Source: Magallana gigas (lineage: Eukaryota). Taken from it: a stretch of DNA of 64,000 bases. The position numbers and the translations under genes were made by a program. The stretch is from contig NC_088857.1 in NCBI RefSeq assembly GCF_963853765.1, positions 19,902,001 through 19,966,000 on the forward strand, in the 5' to 3' direction. Shown in pieces: positions 50,571 through 64,000 of this stretch (positions are counted from its first letter, which is position 1; the number at the start of each line of letters is the position of its first letter). Below the pieces are notes generated by a model. It worked only from the letters and a program-made list of their open reading frames with translations, had not been told where the DNA came from and did no database searches.

Positions 50571-53500
50571 ATGCTTTGTAAATGTTTAAAAGAGATTCTA
50601 GTTGTAGTAGTTTTATGGAATTGTATTTTAGTTGCTTCCTTACAAATGAATAGGTTATCAATTTCGGAATCAAGTGGTAGGTACTTGAACTTCATACTCG
50701 TATCGGCTTATCCTCAGTATTTATTTTTGAAGCAAATCCTAAGATAAAATACTTCAAATTTATTTACTAGTATAAATTTTATTTTCCTTAAGGTAAGTTA
50801 TTATGCTTCATTTTATTTTTATTTAACTGGAGGTGATTGTACATGAATATAATGTAATACGGTAGCGTCATAATTACTTTATCTATAGTATGAAATGGTT
50901 TTGTAGATGTAAGCAATTGTACCAATTGTTGGTGGGGATGCGACAGTTATTCTGGAAATTGCTCAGGGCAATGTGCCCATGGCTACTTTGGACCTCGTTG
51001 TGACCAAGACTGCTTCCAGTGTCTGGACTGTGATAAAAATAGCGGCGTTTGTGTGTCCTGTCATGACCGCCATTACGGTGACAGGTGCGAGTTCAAGTGC
51101 AATGAAAACTGTATGGTCGGATGCAAGATATCCGGAGACTGTTATAAATGTAACGAAGGATTCTACGGGAAAACATGCAACTTGACGTGTCCGTCCCCAA
51201 ATTGCCGTAATGGGTGTGAAAGGTTTACAGGAAACTGCACTGATTGGGGTTGCAATGCAGGCTTTTGGGGACCACTTTGCAACAAAACATGTCCGGAAAA
51301 CTGCGGGTTTACGTCCTGTCACCAAGTAGACGGAACCTGCCAGACGTGTAAGGATGGGTACAGTGGGAAAACGTGTAGTGAGAAGTGCAACTATGAACAC
51401 TGTAGTTTGTGTCAGTTTGACGTCAGCACATGTTTTAACTGCTACCATGGCTGGTGGGGGGATCATTGCGACAAGAGGTGCACGAACCACTGCAGTCAAC
51501 CGTACTGTTCCCAACATACAGGGAAGTGTGGTAAATGTAACGCTGGGTATTATGGTCCGTACTGCGATGGAACTTGTAAATCTGTCTGCGAAACGTGTTC
51601 GGATAATAGTACTTGTGATACATGTAAAACGGGGTTTTACGGTTTTGATTGCACACAAAAATGCCTTGGTCACTGCGAGACATGTGCGCGTGATGGAAAA
51701 TGCATAGAGTGTCGCGCGGGATACTTCGGTAATGGGTGTAAGTGTGAGCTATCACAATGTAATGATATTTCAAAAGGCGTTTGTTCAAATTGTAAAAACG
51801 AAAAAACGTGGTTTCCTTCTCAAAATGGATGTTGTCCATGTAGCAATAATTGTAATTTGAACAATGAAGGTCCAATCTGTAACAGTACAGGGTGTGTTGC
51901 AGGATGCAGAGAAGGTTTTATTGGCAAGGACTGCGATGTATCTTGCAGTGAGCATTGTGTAGAGAAAAACAACAGTACATGCAGCAATAAAACGGGGGAA
52001 TGCTTGTATGGTTGCAAACAAGGCTGGCACCTTCCACATTGTGATTTCAATTGCAGTTTGAACTTCCCCCACTGTAAATCATGTAAGGAATATACAGACA
52101 ACAAGAACAGACCTTATGTGGCCTGCGAAACTTGCAAACTAGGGTACTACAAAGAGTTATACTCTGGACACTGCAAGCCTTGTGAGAATTGTGATGGTAA
52201 CATGTGCGATGGAACTATCGGATCATGTAATTGGGGTTGTGAAAAAGGATGGTACGCAAAAGGTAGACGGTATTTATGTGAGTACCCTTGTCCTGATAAG
52301 TGTTTGAACGGAGATTGTGAAGGAATTGGAGGAAAGTGTAAACTTGGTTGTCAACAAGGGTTTTATGGTTCTCATTGCCTGGAACCTTGCCCTAGTCAGT
52401 GTTTGAATAGAACCTGTGAGTTAACAAGGGGGAACTGTTTACTAGGTTGTGTTTCAGGAGCACGTGGGACATACTGCAACGAAAGCTGTAGCTCTCGGTG
52501 TGGCGTCAAAGGCTGCAGACAGGATGATGGGCATTGTAAAGGTTTGTTGAGCTGTATTCAAAAGTTCAGAATCTGTATTATTAATTTTTTTTCATTTCAT
52601 AAAGTAATTCGGGTCATAAAAAGCCTAGAGTAAAGGTGTTTGTTCGCAGACTGTATCAGGGGCCATTATGGAACGATGTGCCTGGATCGATGTAGTCCTA
52701 ACTGTTTCGGTGACAAGTGTAACCAAACAGGGTTTTGTTTGGGAGGGTGTATCAAAGGATGGACTGGACACTTTTGTGAGGGTATGTCACTTAAAGCGGA
52801 ATATGTATTTGCTTTTGATTTCATTAACACATCAATTTTTTTTTCACGATTTAGAATAAATGTTCAAATTTTCAAAGTCATATAAATAAAAAAACGTATC
52901 TGTTGTTGCAGTACATGTATTTAGAAATAAACGCATGTACGTTTGCACATATTATAGTCTGTCACAAGATATTTATACAGTACCTTTGGACGATTTTTAA
53001 TGAAAATACACATACTGTACCTTTTAAAAAAGTGCAATTTTTCAACGTTACATTGTATCATCCGGGTACTTTAATTTCTGTTGCAATGCAAAATCCCCGT
53101 AGACTTTTTATTTTTAGCCGTCTATTGAAACCTGACAAGCTAGAGTGGGCGTTTTAAATGAGAAATCGTTTGATTTTTTACATTCTATTGACTAAATATC
53201 GTTTGAACCCCGATGTATTTATAAATATTGAAATGTTTAAGAAGATACACTGCATAAATATCTTGAGACAGATTACAGAATGCCACGTTTACTAAGTGCT
53301 GAAAGGCAAGGTAAACATTAACAGTATATTGTTCTAAATATCGTCTTAAGTACGCAGAACTTGGGAGATGTATAAGTGTTTAATGTGATTTAAGCCGATA
53401 TGCTTTTTGGAGTTTGTATTATAATTCAATTTAACGAATTACACTCAGGGCATAGTTTAGTAACCTTCATGCTTGAATGATGAATATGCAAGACTACCTT

Positions 53501-54627
53501 AGTTCAATTCAATTTTCTAGTTCTTTTAGTTCAAAAAACTTTTTCTTTTATCTTTTCTGTGGTTTTAACACTTCTTTCTGGGTTTTTTTTTGTCTAAACA
53601 GTTTTGCCGCCTGGCCAATCTTTACAACAGTCAAATCCAGTATCTATAGGTAAGTTTGCAATTTGTGCGCAATAAGTTAAACTTTATTGTCTAGAACATG
53701 TAATTCAATCCTTTATTATACATATAAACTAATCATTTAAATATACTATATAGAGAAATAGTAATAAAAGGTCCCCTATTTTAGTGTATTATACCTCAGT
53801 GCCATACAGAGCCCATGTACTTTTCTTCAGGTTTTGATTTTCTATTTAACTTCTCAGCCTAGTACTTTTTGTTTGATTCAGTGACTATTGTACTAGCCGT
53901 ATTTCTGGGGTTGACAGTTGTGCTGATGTTTATTATTTCCTTTATTCTCTGGAAGAGCAGGAGGCAAGTGTAATTTATTATGCTTTCATGTTAAATACTA
54001 AAATCTGACTGGTTAAGACGTAGTTGATAATCCGTTCTATTGCCCTCAGCGTTAGCAACACACTTGGCAACGGGTAACACAACGAATTGTTACATGCGCG
54101 TTTGGTTCGCCATAGAATTCACGTCATTCCTATATAAAAGCAGTAAAGTTTTCTTTTAAATTAAGACATTCAGTATAATAAAAGAAATAGTGTCTGTTTG
54201 GGAGGGTAGGATTTGAAATTGACACCCCGAGAAAACCATTGTCAACCGACGCAAACTAAATAGTATCCAAATAACAAACGTGAGAAAGACCCGCTCCCGA
54301 AATAAAAGCCAAGTATACTTATAAATACTTATTAACACAATATATTACTAAATATTTTCATTGACTTGTTATCAAGCATACTTATTAGCAAATCCGTAAC
54401 ATGCATTATTATAGATTCAACAATATCTTTATAAACATTCTATAAACTGTTTATAACTTTCTTTCAGTTTATCGACCAGTCATGCATTTTACATTAATTA
54501 AACATCCTTGGTGTGAACTCTAAGAAACTCTATGTATTAAAGAAATTAATATATTTCTTTTTTACAAGATGTATTTTTTTACAGGTCGGGGCGTGGCGAA
54601 CTTGGTGTCGAAATGACAGGACAATAA
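50571..54627 (+). CDS. Single-pass type I membrane protein with multiple EGF/laminin-EGF-like repeats (MEGF10/SCARF-like), ~694 aa
   Basis: Exons 50571-50676 (signal peptide MLCKCLKEILVVVVLWNCILVAS), 50907-52541, 52650-52781, 53272-53310, 53602-53649, 53882-53963 (TM VTIVLAVFLGLTVVLMFIISFILW, then KSRR; GC donor), 54585-54627; total 2085 nt in frame. Repeated C-x2-G(F/Y/W)-x-G-x2-C-x3-C motifs. The small stalk exons are less certain. Confidence 0.85.
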
Positions 54628-55091
54628 TCTCTGTGGCGTTTTATAATATAGAACAATTATACTTTAAATTATTCAATGTATATACATCGCAACCCTGCTT
54701 ACTATTGCATGCTATTGTATGAGAATATACAGTGTAGATATGTATGCAAGCTTCTTATTGTCAACAACTGAATTATTGAGAGATATTTTTCTTGAGGGGG
54801 AGGGGTTGTTGGTCTAAAATCCCTCTCATTTTTATTTCAAATAGTTATGTTTGATGAAACCTACAAAAAACAATTTTGATATCTCACGCAAATAAAATAA
54901 AAGAAATATCTCCTTTCTTGAATATAGCATGATAATTTATTAAAATATAAAAAATTTAAGTCTGATAACTAGAACTGCTGGAACATTTTAATCTTTACGA
55001 GACAATGTGTGCTGGAGACCTATCATCTCATTGATTAATCTTTCAAATTTACAAGCTTCATTAAGCACCAATTAAATGTATATAGAAAGTG

Positions 55092-55318
55092 CAAGGCCGT
55101 AACTAGACCTATATTTTTAGTGAGGCGAGGGGACTGGGGACCGCCTAGGTCCCCAGCGGGTCCAGGGTAGCGAACTAATGCTTGAAATAATTCATTAAAG
55201 TACAAATTTTTAAAAAAAATGAAACTTCAATGGCATTTTAACATAACAAAAAGAAATGAATCTCAAAATTTTCAGTGAGGCATTTGCCTCACTTGCCTTA
55301 ATGGTAGTTACGGCCTTG
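55092..55318. mobile_element. MITE with 14-bp perfect TIR and 5-bp TSD
   Basis: AAGTG|CAAGGCCGTAACTA ... TAGTTACGGCCTTG|AAGTG. Confidence 0.8.
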
Positions 55319-58300
55319 AAGTGTTTGTTTCAGAAGTTTGTGTGAATGAATCTTTGTTTTTGAATTAGTTTGCAGTCGGATTACGAGTACATGTAAGGCA
55401 ATTGAACAAAGAATTGACAAAGGTGCATAAAAAATCCAAGTACAAATAAAACATTCAGCTATTTTTTAGGCTGTTTTTCATATGTATATTTTATTTTGAC
55501 TATAATCGTCACGATCATGATTATGTCATAAATTATTTGGATTGTATAAGACGAGAGTTCACATATTAATTGTGTTTATAATGATAACACAATGTTTTAT
55601 AAAGGTGTCAAGATGTCTTTTAAATTCATAACAATATTTGCACTTTTCATCATTTTTACAAATTTTACAAATAAGACATGCATTTTAATAACTTTTCCTC
55701 ATAATTAATGTACATGTACATATTTCAGTTTTTCTCACCTAAAACTGCATAATGTATGTCAATTGGTATATGCAAATTCGTGGAATTTATTTAAGTAAAG
55801 TTTCGGGATCTTTGAACGAAATTTATTCGACTTTAACTGCGCAATACTGAAGCTACCAAGATATTTTAAATACCACCGATAGATTTATAAATAAAGCTTC
55901 AACATCCTTTGCATTTTTGCTATTTTTCTTCTTTCATTTTAAGTATGTTTTACCTTTGAGTACATACTAGACTCTACGTACAAATATATGTAAAACCAAA
56001 CTTAATGTAACTTTTTGACTAAAACTATAAGGATATAATTCAAGTTTATGATCATGTTTCGTTTTCTTTGCATTTCATTTCGTGGATATGAAATTTGTAC
56101 TCCTAAATAAAATTCGTGTTCCAGCCCATGCCTTTGGCAGAAGGTATTCTGCGTTGTTTGTCAAAAAAAAATTAAAAAGGTTTAATAAAAAAATATTCAA
56201 ACACTGATTTTTTCTATATTTTACAATTAATATATCTATACTAATTTCGTATTTTTCGTTTTTTGAGTCCTTAAAAGCCTTTGATTGATTTTGCTGGTAG
56301 TATGATCTTCATAAGAAGCCAATATGATTGAATAGTAAGGCGACAAAAAACACATGCATTTGACCTTTCCTAATGTCTTCCCTGATCAAATATTACTAGA
56401 ACATTGTATAAATATCTAATTGAAAAAAAAATAATATTCATTCTTAACACACTATTTATATTCCGATAAGAAATTCATCGCCGGGGGGGGGGGGGGGGGG
56501 TGGTGGTGTTGGAAAAAAAAAGATAGATTCGGAATCTGCATTACATTGACTAAATGAATTGTTTTTCACGTAAGAAATTTCTTTTACCTAAGAAGTCGAT
56601 ACGGTTCACGTAACAATAAGTAAAGGTAAAAAAAAAAGAAAGAAAGAAACTACACTATAAAAGTTGGCGTAGATAGGTTACTCGTTCTTGTTTTATTTTC
56701 TATTGAGAGCTTAATGAACAATAAGATGTCCAGATAAAAATGATGAGCGTTTAATTTGCCAGGACAACATATCGAGGAAACGTTTACATGTCAATATCGT
56801 CATCATCAATCAACTGTTTGTTTGCTAGGCTGGTCTTTAACATGTGTGAAATTGCCCTGTTTGGTCTTCAACGCTAAATAATTGAAGATTTGAAGACTTA
56901 CAAGGTTTCCAGTATAGGAAAAACTTTTTAGTATGTTCTGATGTCTGTGTAGATATAAGAAGTACATGTATATGACATTCAACATGCCTTTAACCAAATG
57001 ACAGTTTGACATTTAGAGGACCATGGAGAGAATCAAGGATTTTATTGTGATTTTAACACTTATTTACAATGTACGAGGTAGGTACCACTTTCTTGTTTTC
57101 AAAGTGTGTGTCTTCTATTCAATGTACGTAAATAAACTATTTAACATTCATAAACTTAGATCTCAGTTTAATTTTCAGGTTTCTTTAATTGGATGATCAA
57201 AATGTCAATTCTATTCATCAATAGTCAAATATCACCAATATTTTATCAAATATTTTGATTGTTACCTATTTTCCACAATTTTTTTTCTAAAGAATAATAA
57301 TTGTGTTGATATTTTAAAAAATCATCAAATGCAATATAATAACTTTTTTATCGATTGGCTAAAAATAAGATAATCACACGATAATCAAATTTGTAGCCAT
57401 GCTTTCATTTTCAGTATTTCAAAATACATGTAAAAGGAGAAGTATAAAAACACTCCTTTCTTTCATTTTTCCTATCAGTCACAACCTGCTATATTAAACC
57501 TACAATGTATGTAAGCTTACCATGCTAGTAATGTAATAAATACAATATTTTAAAATTAACATATGACTACGAAAGGAAAATGCGTTAAAATTCTCAAATA
57601 CAGTGTAAGTTATATTTCAATTTAAAATTTTGATGAAAAATTGACTTTAATTACCAACACTACTGTATAAAATAATAATCAAAACTGATAAGATGCATAT
57701 ATATGTATATGTAAATGAAAACTATGCAATGCGTATTATTGCTGTTGTTTAAACATACCATTAGGTTGTTTGATCTTATTTTCATATTATGTGGTCTTAA
57801 CTGGGCCGTTGGGTTCCTTTTTGACGCATGGATAGTGGATGTATCTATTATATATTAATTGAAACACGATAAGAATACAAAATATTTTTCCCTTATGACA
57901 AGTACTACATAAAAATGTTTCACCTAGCCAGATATCCATTGTGTAAAACAAACCCAATCGATTAAATAAGTCTATTAACTAATTTAATTATCACTATACA
58001 TGTAATAAGTAGATACATGTAGTATTTACATTCTTAAAAGGTTCTCAGCATAAATGCTATCTATATATAACTAGATCAGTGGCGTCGGAAGCAAATTGAA
58101 AGAATGTGCCGGCGGGGGGGGGGGGGGGGGGGGTGGGGGTGGAAGGGGGGGGGGGCGCTAGACTTATCAGAAATCTTGAAAAGCACTCCAGTCATGGTTA
58201 TGTCTAATTTTGCAAAACAAGTTGGGGGGATAAGCCCCCCCCCCCCCGGTTTCGAACGAAGCCTATGCGATAAAGGCAGATTCATAATTATACTAGGAAG

Positions 58301-59251
58301 AATTGCACGTCGTCAAGAATGTGCATGTATATGTACGTAATCAAGATAAAACTACATATAACCATCTTTATGACCTCTTGAATAAAAAATAAAACTATCT
58401 TGATCACTGACCTACGTGCTCTAATCTGTCAATAGAACAGCATTGCATTCACATACATCTCAATTGAAGAGAAAGTGTAGGATCCTAGTGATTCATTACA
58501 TTCTAGTAATTAAATTACAGGTGACGTTTATAGTTCTCGATCTCATGCCGTTTTTTAGTGTTAGTGTTCTGGTAGGAATTTAACCCTGAGGTATATAAAC
58601 AAACATAACAATAGGCGTACATGCAGAAACATTGTATTAAAATTATATTGATAAAGATTATTAGATATAATAATATTTTTTACTAAACCTATTTCTTATT
58701 TTGATCGATCGTATATCTGAAATGGTGTGTATGCATAAAATATAAATCCTTAATATTTCCCCCCTTTTTTTTGGTTTCTAAATACAAATAGTGGGAAAAC
58801 AAAAACGTTGCTTGTCTTAACCTTTAAAATGTTACTTATTATTTTAACATGAATTTAATTACTCGTCAATTCCAAGTTTTTTAATGAAGGAATGGAGAAA
58901 AAAGTTTCTAGAACCATTTTAACAAGGCCTTGGTCTTTCAGTTGGATGTAACTATCTATTACTCGCGTCAAAACAACGTTAAAATGACGCTGGTTTCAAG
59001 CGAAATATTATAATACACCGATTGCGTTGTCTTTACTAAATAGCCAGACAAATCTTGTTGATTACAAAGAGCAAAGACTGAATGGCCAGCAATAAAATAG
59101 ACAGGCCTACGTCACATTGCCGACTGACACAACTATCCAAAGTCCAAGCTCTTGTTAAAATGGTTCTAAAGTTGTTTCTTGTAAGTAGGGGAATCTTTGG
59201 CATAAAAAACCTCCATAAAACAAATGAAATTAGTACAAACCATTTTTCCAG

Positions 59252-62200
59252 ATACTACTGCACAGGGAAGGCCGCTACAGAGTATCATACGCTACAAAGG
59301 GATCAACGGGGTTGTTCACATTGAACCAAATTTCAGAGCCAACACATCGCTCGGCGTTGTTTCTTTTCCAAACATAAGGAGTACGTATTTGGTGGAGATC
59401 AGAGAGAACAGGGTGGTCAATGACGTCACAGTCAGGTGCCTAGACCAGGATCTGGGTAAAAGGTATTGTAACAAAATTTCAAAGTCATGTCCGTATTCGA
59501 ATCGCTACACTTCTAGTCAGTCATACGTCTACTGGCCTCGTAACAAAATATAAACTATTCTTGCTCTCATTTATGTACACAACAAAAAACAAAAAAAGAA
59601 ACAAAAATTAAAGAGCCAAATCGAAAAGACAAGAAACGAAATTTAAACGAATTTCAAAGTTACTGAACATGACTTAACAATGAATACTTGAAAAACCATT
59701 AAGTTAAATATATATGGATATGTTTACTTTTAACATCACTAATTTTGAAATTCTTTAAAATGCAATGAATGTTTGGTTCTACGCAAGCATATTCAAAACA
59801 AGCCTCTTTCAAACTGAACAAAAAGCAAGTTTCAAAATATGTTTAAAGTTTATGAAAACCGATTCGTATTTGTCATATCAAAGTTAAAGTAACATTAGAA
59901 TTTTATATCTGACAGATATAAAGATCATACAGGTTGCCATATTCAATTTCTAGCTAGTCGACATAAAATTTTGAAAAAATTCAGCATATAAATCATCTGA
60001 CAAGTGGAGGCAAAAACCGGTTCTTGCGTTTTCTAAGATTATAGGTACCAGTTTAATACATACTCGATTACCTTTTCATACTTTTATGATGGAAATTGAA
60101 CCAATTTTGGTAATGCTTGTGCATATTTATACATGAAATATATAAACCTAAAAAGATGTTAATAGTTATGTCGAGTTCGACATTTATATCAAATCACTGA
60201 ATTAATAATAATTATTCATAGTCACAATAGTTAATTTAAATGTTGACCGATAAAACACGAAACGTCAACTTCATTTTCTTAAGAACAAATCAGCTTGTTA
60301 TAAAAGCTTGTATCTTGTGCTTTAGTTTGTGTTTACATCATGGTCCTATTGACGTTTTTCTGTAACAGGTACTTGGGCACCACGTGGCAGCTTGTTCCAG
60401 GCAAAGAACATCAATATTTTGTCTTCACCTCCGAAGCTCGCTTACTGAACGGTTAGTTTTACAAACATTTACAAACAGCTCGACACATCGCACACAGAAA
60501 GAAACTTCATTCGACTTGTAGTACATATTTTAAAAACGTCAGAGAATCTTTTTCAATCATGATTTATTTAGATGGAGTGACATGGTGACGCACAATTTAC
60601 TTAAATATAAACAGCCTTTACAATTTTAACATGCACATGTATTTGTAAAAAAAAATACAATTATAACTCGGTTAACAAGTCAAACTAATTTGCCTAAAAA
60701 GAAAACATAATTTAATATTAAAGAGCTATAAAATTAGTACACACTAGACACATGCAAGACACACTACATTAGACTAAATATTGCTGCATGGTATCTAATA
60801 TGAGCGAACAATCGGAAATACGTCAATTTGTCTCACAACCAATATTGTTTATAAAATATCTCTTTGGAGGATGCAGTCTTAGACGTATTAATACAAATAT
60901 TACAGAACCCGAATAGCAGTCATTCATGTACCTTTGTATAAATGAGATGACATTGTTAAATTAAACTTCTGTAAAAGATCGATTTAATATACCATTTATT
61001 AAATGCAACGGTATCATAACTCAAGTTTCTTATAATTCATAAAAATTTCTGAAGCATTTTATTTCATGCTTTACAAAAAATCTCTTTAATCTAAGTCTAT
61101 CTTTTCCCCTAGGTAGGTCAATTCTTTTCACCAATACCGATACCGGGGAGAGACTCTGTGGTACATTGGAATCAAGGTGGTTACATAACACGGCTGAAGC
61201 GAAATTCCTGTCAAACATAGCAGGAAGTGTTGTGTTTAGACAACTAGAAAACGACAGTGATGCGGATACGTCCGTGAGAGTCAATCTTTTCAAAACACAA
61301 GAAGTTAACCCATTTGCAGAAAACGTCTACTGGTTCCTACTCTCAAATCCAAATAGTGATCAGCACAAGGTGACAATGACGTCAGAATGCCGACTTCCGC
61401 TTCCGTTCCCACCTTCTCTCACACAACTTTACATCCTTGCCCGCAAATTTGGTCGTCTGCGAGTTGGTCGGGTCAAGGACGACGCAACCTCAACGTTTGT
61501 CGAAACAGGCCTACCACTGTCCGGAGTCAGATCAATCATAGGAAATATTCTGGTGTTAGCCAGAGGTAGCGGTGAGATTGTCTCCTGTGCTTTTGTAGGT
61601 GACATTGAGCCCAGGCAAGCTGTTTCGTCTATATTTAATGACGGCGTAAAAGGTAAATTTGAATTCATCTTTCACAGTTTACAAAGTAAAAAAAAACGTA
61701 CTTCGCCTAGCGTTTCTGATCAATTAATTGAAAACGACAGGTCCTTTTTAAGGTAGGCGCTGGCAGAATGAAGTTTCATGGTCCTAAGCGTCAAAGATTG
61801 ATCTATATTTGGAGTCTTATACGGATATCAGCGGGGGCTGTTGCAATATGAGTCAAAGGCTCTTAACAAAATAGAATAGCACCCATACATATTATAGTTA
61901 ATCACTAGATGAATGTAGACAGAAAATCCAACTAACTGCTTCAACATTTAAATATATAAGATTTGATTAATTGTGCCTTAGAGTCTATAATGACTATTAC
62001 AATAATTTATCCCAATTAGCTTAGGGTCCAGATAAAAAAATAGCAAAAAAAACAACCAACAACACAGAATGAATTCTATGAAAATGTATGCAGCGACATA
62101 ATCCTTCATACCAGTCCATGGCTAGGTTATATAAGACTTAGTATATCAATATCGTTTTATCCTTTTTTATTTCATTGACATGATATAAGCAGTCACGTCT

Positions 62201-63781
62201 TGATGATTTTTAAATTTACAGGAACAATAAATTTCTATCAAAGGTCTCCATATGATACAACAATAGTACAAATCTCCCTGAGCAACCTCCGTGGTCTGGC
62301 TGGGGGTTACCACATTCACAAGTGGCCGGTTCCCATGAAACTGACAGCGTTAGATAATGTTTGCGATGCCCAAAGTATAAGTGGACATTTTGATTTTCCA
62401 AGAGATAAGCCTCGATCCCCTCCACCGGGGAGGGGCACTGCCGACCAGTACGAAATTGGAGATCTTAGCGGGAAATACGGACTCTTAACTGGGCAGGATA
62501 GCTTCAACGGTCAATTCCGGGATGACAATTTACCCCTGTATGGGAGGTACAGTGTCATCGGGCGCTCACTTACAATTCATAAGTCTTACAAGGACGAACG
62601 GTGGGTGTGTGCAACCATTGAACCCATCAGTCGAATCACTAAAGCGGTGGCCATATTTACCGGGCCCGTCATCGGGCGAATTGTGTTTACCCAGATTCGA
62701 AACAACTACTATGCTGATACACATGTTTACGTTGAGTTAAGCTACGCTAACGGGATACAAACTCCAACAGTTGATCATAACTGGCATGTTCACGAAAACC
62801 CGGTTTGCAGTTTCTTCAATGATAGACCTTGCTCTTGTTCAGCAGCAGGTGGACACTTTAATCCTTTTCGTGTTAACGTGACTGGAAGCTACCCAAATGC
62901 ATGTCGGCCTGACAACCCCTTACGATGTGAACTCGGTGATATTTCCGGAAAACAAGAACCTGTAAATGTTCGAACTAAAGATGGAATATGGTATAGAAAT
63001 TATTTTACTGATACAAATTTACCTCTTGAAGGACCACTCGGTATAATAGGTAAATCGATCGTGATACATGATCAAAACAAAGGGAAAGGCCGTCTGGCAT
63101 GCGCAAATATTTTTGAAGTTCCGGCAAGGGCTTTGTTTGTCGAAAACTGGTACGGTTCGGAACCATCATCCGTTTCCGGCCTTTTCGAATTTGTTGGCAG
63201 TGTTCCTCAGTATGAAGATGCGATAGCATGGACTTCTCTGCGTTTGACGGGATTAAATCGTCGGGCTGGAGAGTACCACATACACACTGAACCTGTTGAT
63301 CCATCATCACCTAACCCCTGCGCTGACAGTGTAGTCGGCGGTCATTTTAACCCTTTCTTCATTAATAAAACAAACAGTCCACCCCCTGGAACTGGGACTC
63401 ATGATTTCTACGAGGTTGGAGACCTTAGCGGCAAGTATGGATCAGTTCTGCAAGGCAGAGTAAGTAGTTTGAGAATCGTTTATTATTGTACAGCATGAAT
63501 TAATACATGTAGAAGGCTTTAAAGAATGACTTATTGCTTAGATTGAACTTAGTCTAACGAACCTGCCTTCACAGGAAACAGCTCTAGCTTCCGGTCCTGA
63601 CAACTTCTTGCCTGTATCCGGACCACTTAGTATCAGTGGTAGATCGTTAGTTATCCATACTGGGAACGGATCACGCTGGGTGTGTGGTAACATCGAGGAG
63701 AACATCGAGTTGTCCGGGGGAAGAGTTGTCCGAATGATTGCAAGGTTCACCAGAGGCATGTTAATTGGTGGAGTAATATTG
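59252..63781 (+). CDS. Copper-only SOD repeat protein (CSRP-like multi-domain Cu/Zn-SOD fold), 5' portion; continues beyond the window
   Basis: In-frame exons 59252-59462, 60369-60451, 61113-61652, 62222-63459, 63575-63781. Three SOD domains have YHIH/WHVH, GHF, GDLSGK/GDISGK, G(R/K)SxxIH and (V/A)C(A/G)xI; two N-terminal domains are degenerate; a further domain begins at the window end. First coding exon unresolved. Confidence 0.88.
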
Positions 63782-64000
63782 GTAAGACCGCAGTCATCAT
63801 TGAGTCTATTGCCTTTCTTGGTCTAGGACGATGTCAATATATGGAATTGAATTCAATCAAATACAATAAGTGGGAAGTACCATTCAAAGTAATTAAGCTC
63901 GCAATTATTATAATAAATAAAATATACACTGCACTTTCTGAAAATAGATCGTTTCAAAAGAGAAGCATTTGCTTCATTTTCCTCCATTGCGCTACGGCCG

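Noticed and set aside
50963-52104. Antisense ORFs over the EGF exon (236 aa, 146 aa and others)
   Set aside because: Shadow ORFs of Cys/Gly-rich codon usage with no recognisable motifs.
26446-63781. Metal-homeostasis gene cluster (two ZnTs plus a Cu-only SOD repeat protein)
   Set aside because: The genes are ~20 kb apart, on opposite strands and separated by an unrelated EGF receptor and transposons; adjacency alone is not evidence without conserved synteny.

Overview
AT-rich animal genomic DNA with spliceosomal introns. The repeat landscape (HINE-type tandem-repeat elements, TTAA MITEs, TACATGTA runs) suggests an oyster/bivalve; this is inference, not database-checked. Start to end: (1) a decayed Ty3/Gypsy gag-pol remnant (1-2505) cut off by a Helentron/HINE-like element carrying ~140-bp tandem repeats. 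(2) A secreted Gln/Pro/Trp-rich protein gene (+, 7527-17525) ending in a prokineticin/colipase-like Cys domain, whose second half is encoded by three paralogous, apparently mutually exclusive terminal exons; this is the most striking system here. (3) An uncharacterised 338-aa protein ending in a CaaX box, CVVM (+, 21614-23609). (4) Two tandem SLC30/ZnT2-like zinc transporter genes (-, 26446-32115 and 34319-39759); the second has paired metal-response elements upstream. (5) A nest of non-autonomous DNA transposons with long modular inverted repeats and 6-bp target-site duplications (42621-49313, including a 134-N gap). (6) A single-pass multi-EGF (MEGF10/SCARF-like) receptor gene (+, 50571-54627) with a probable GC-AG intron. 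(7) The 5' part of a copper-only SOD repeat protein gene (+, ~59252 onward) that runs off the window. Exon models were built by hand from GT/AG sites and phase consistency; there is no transcript evidence.
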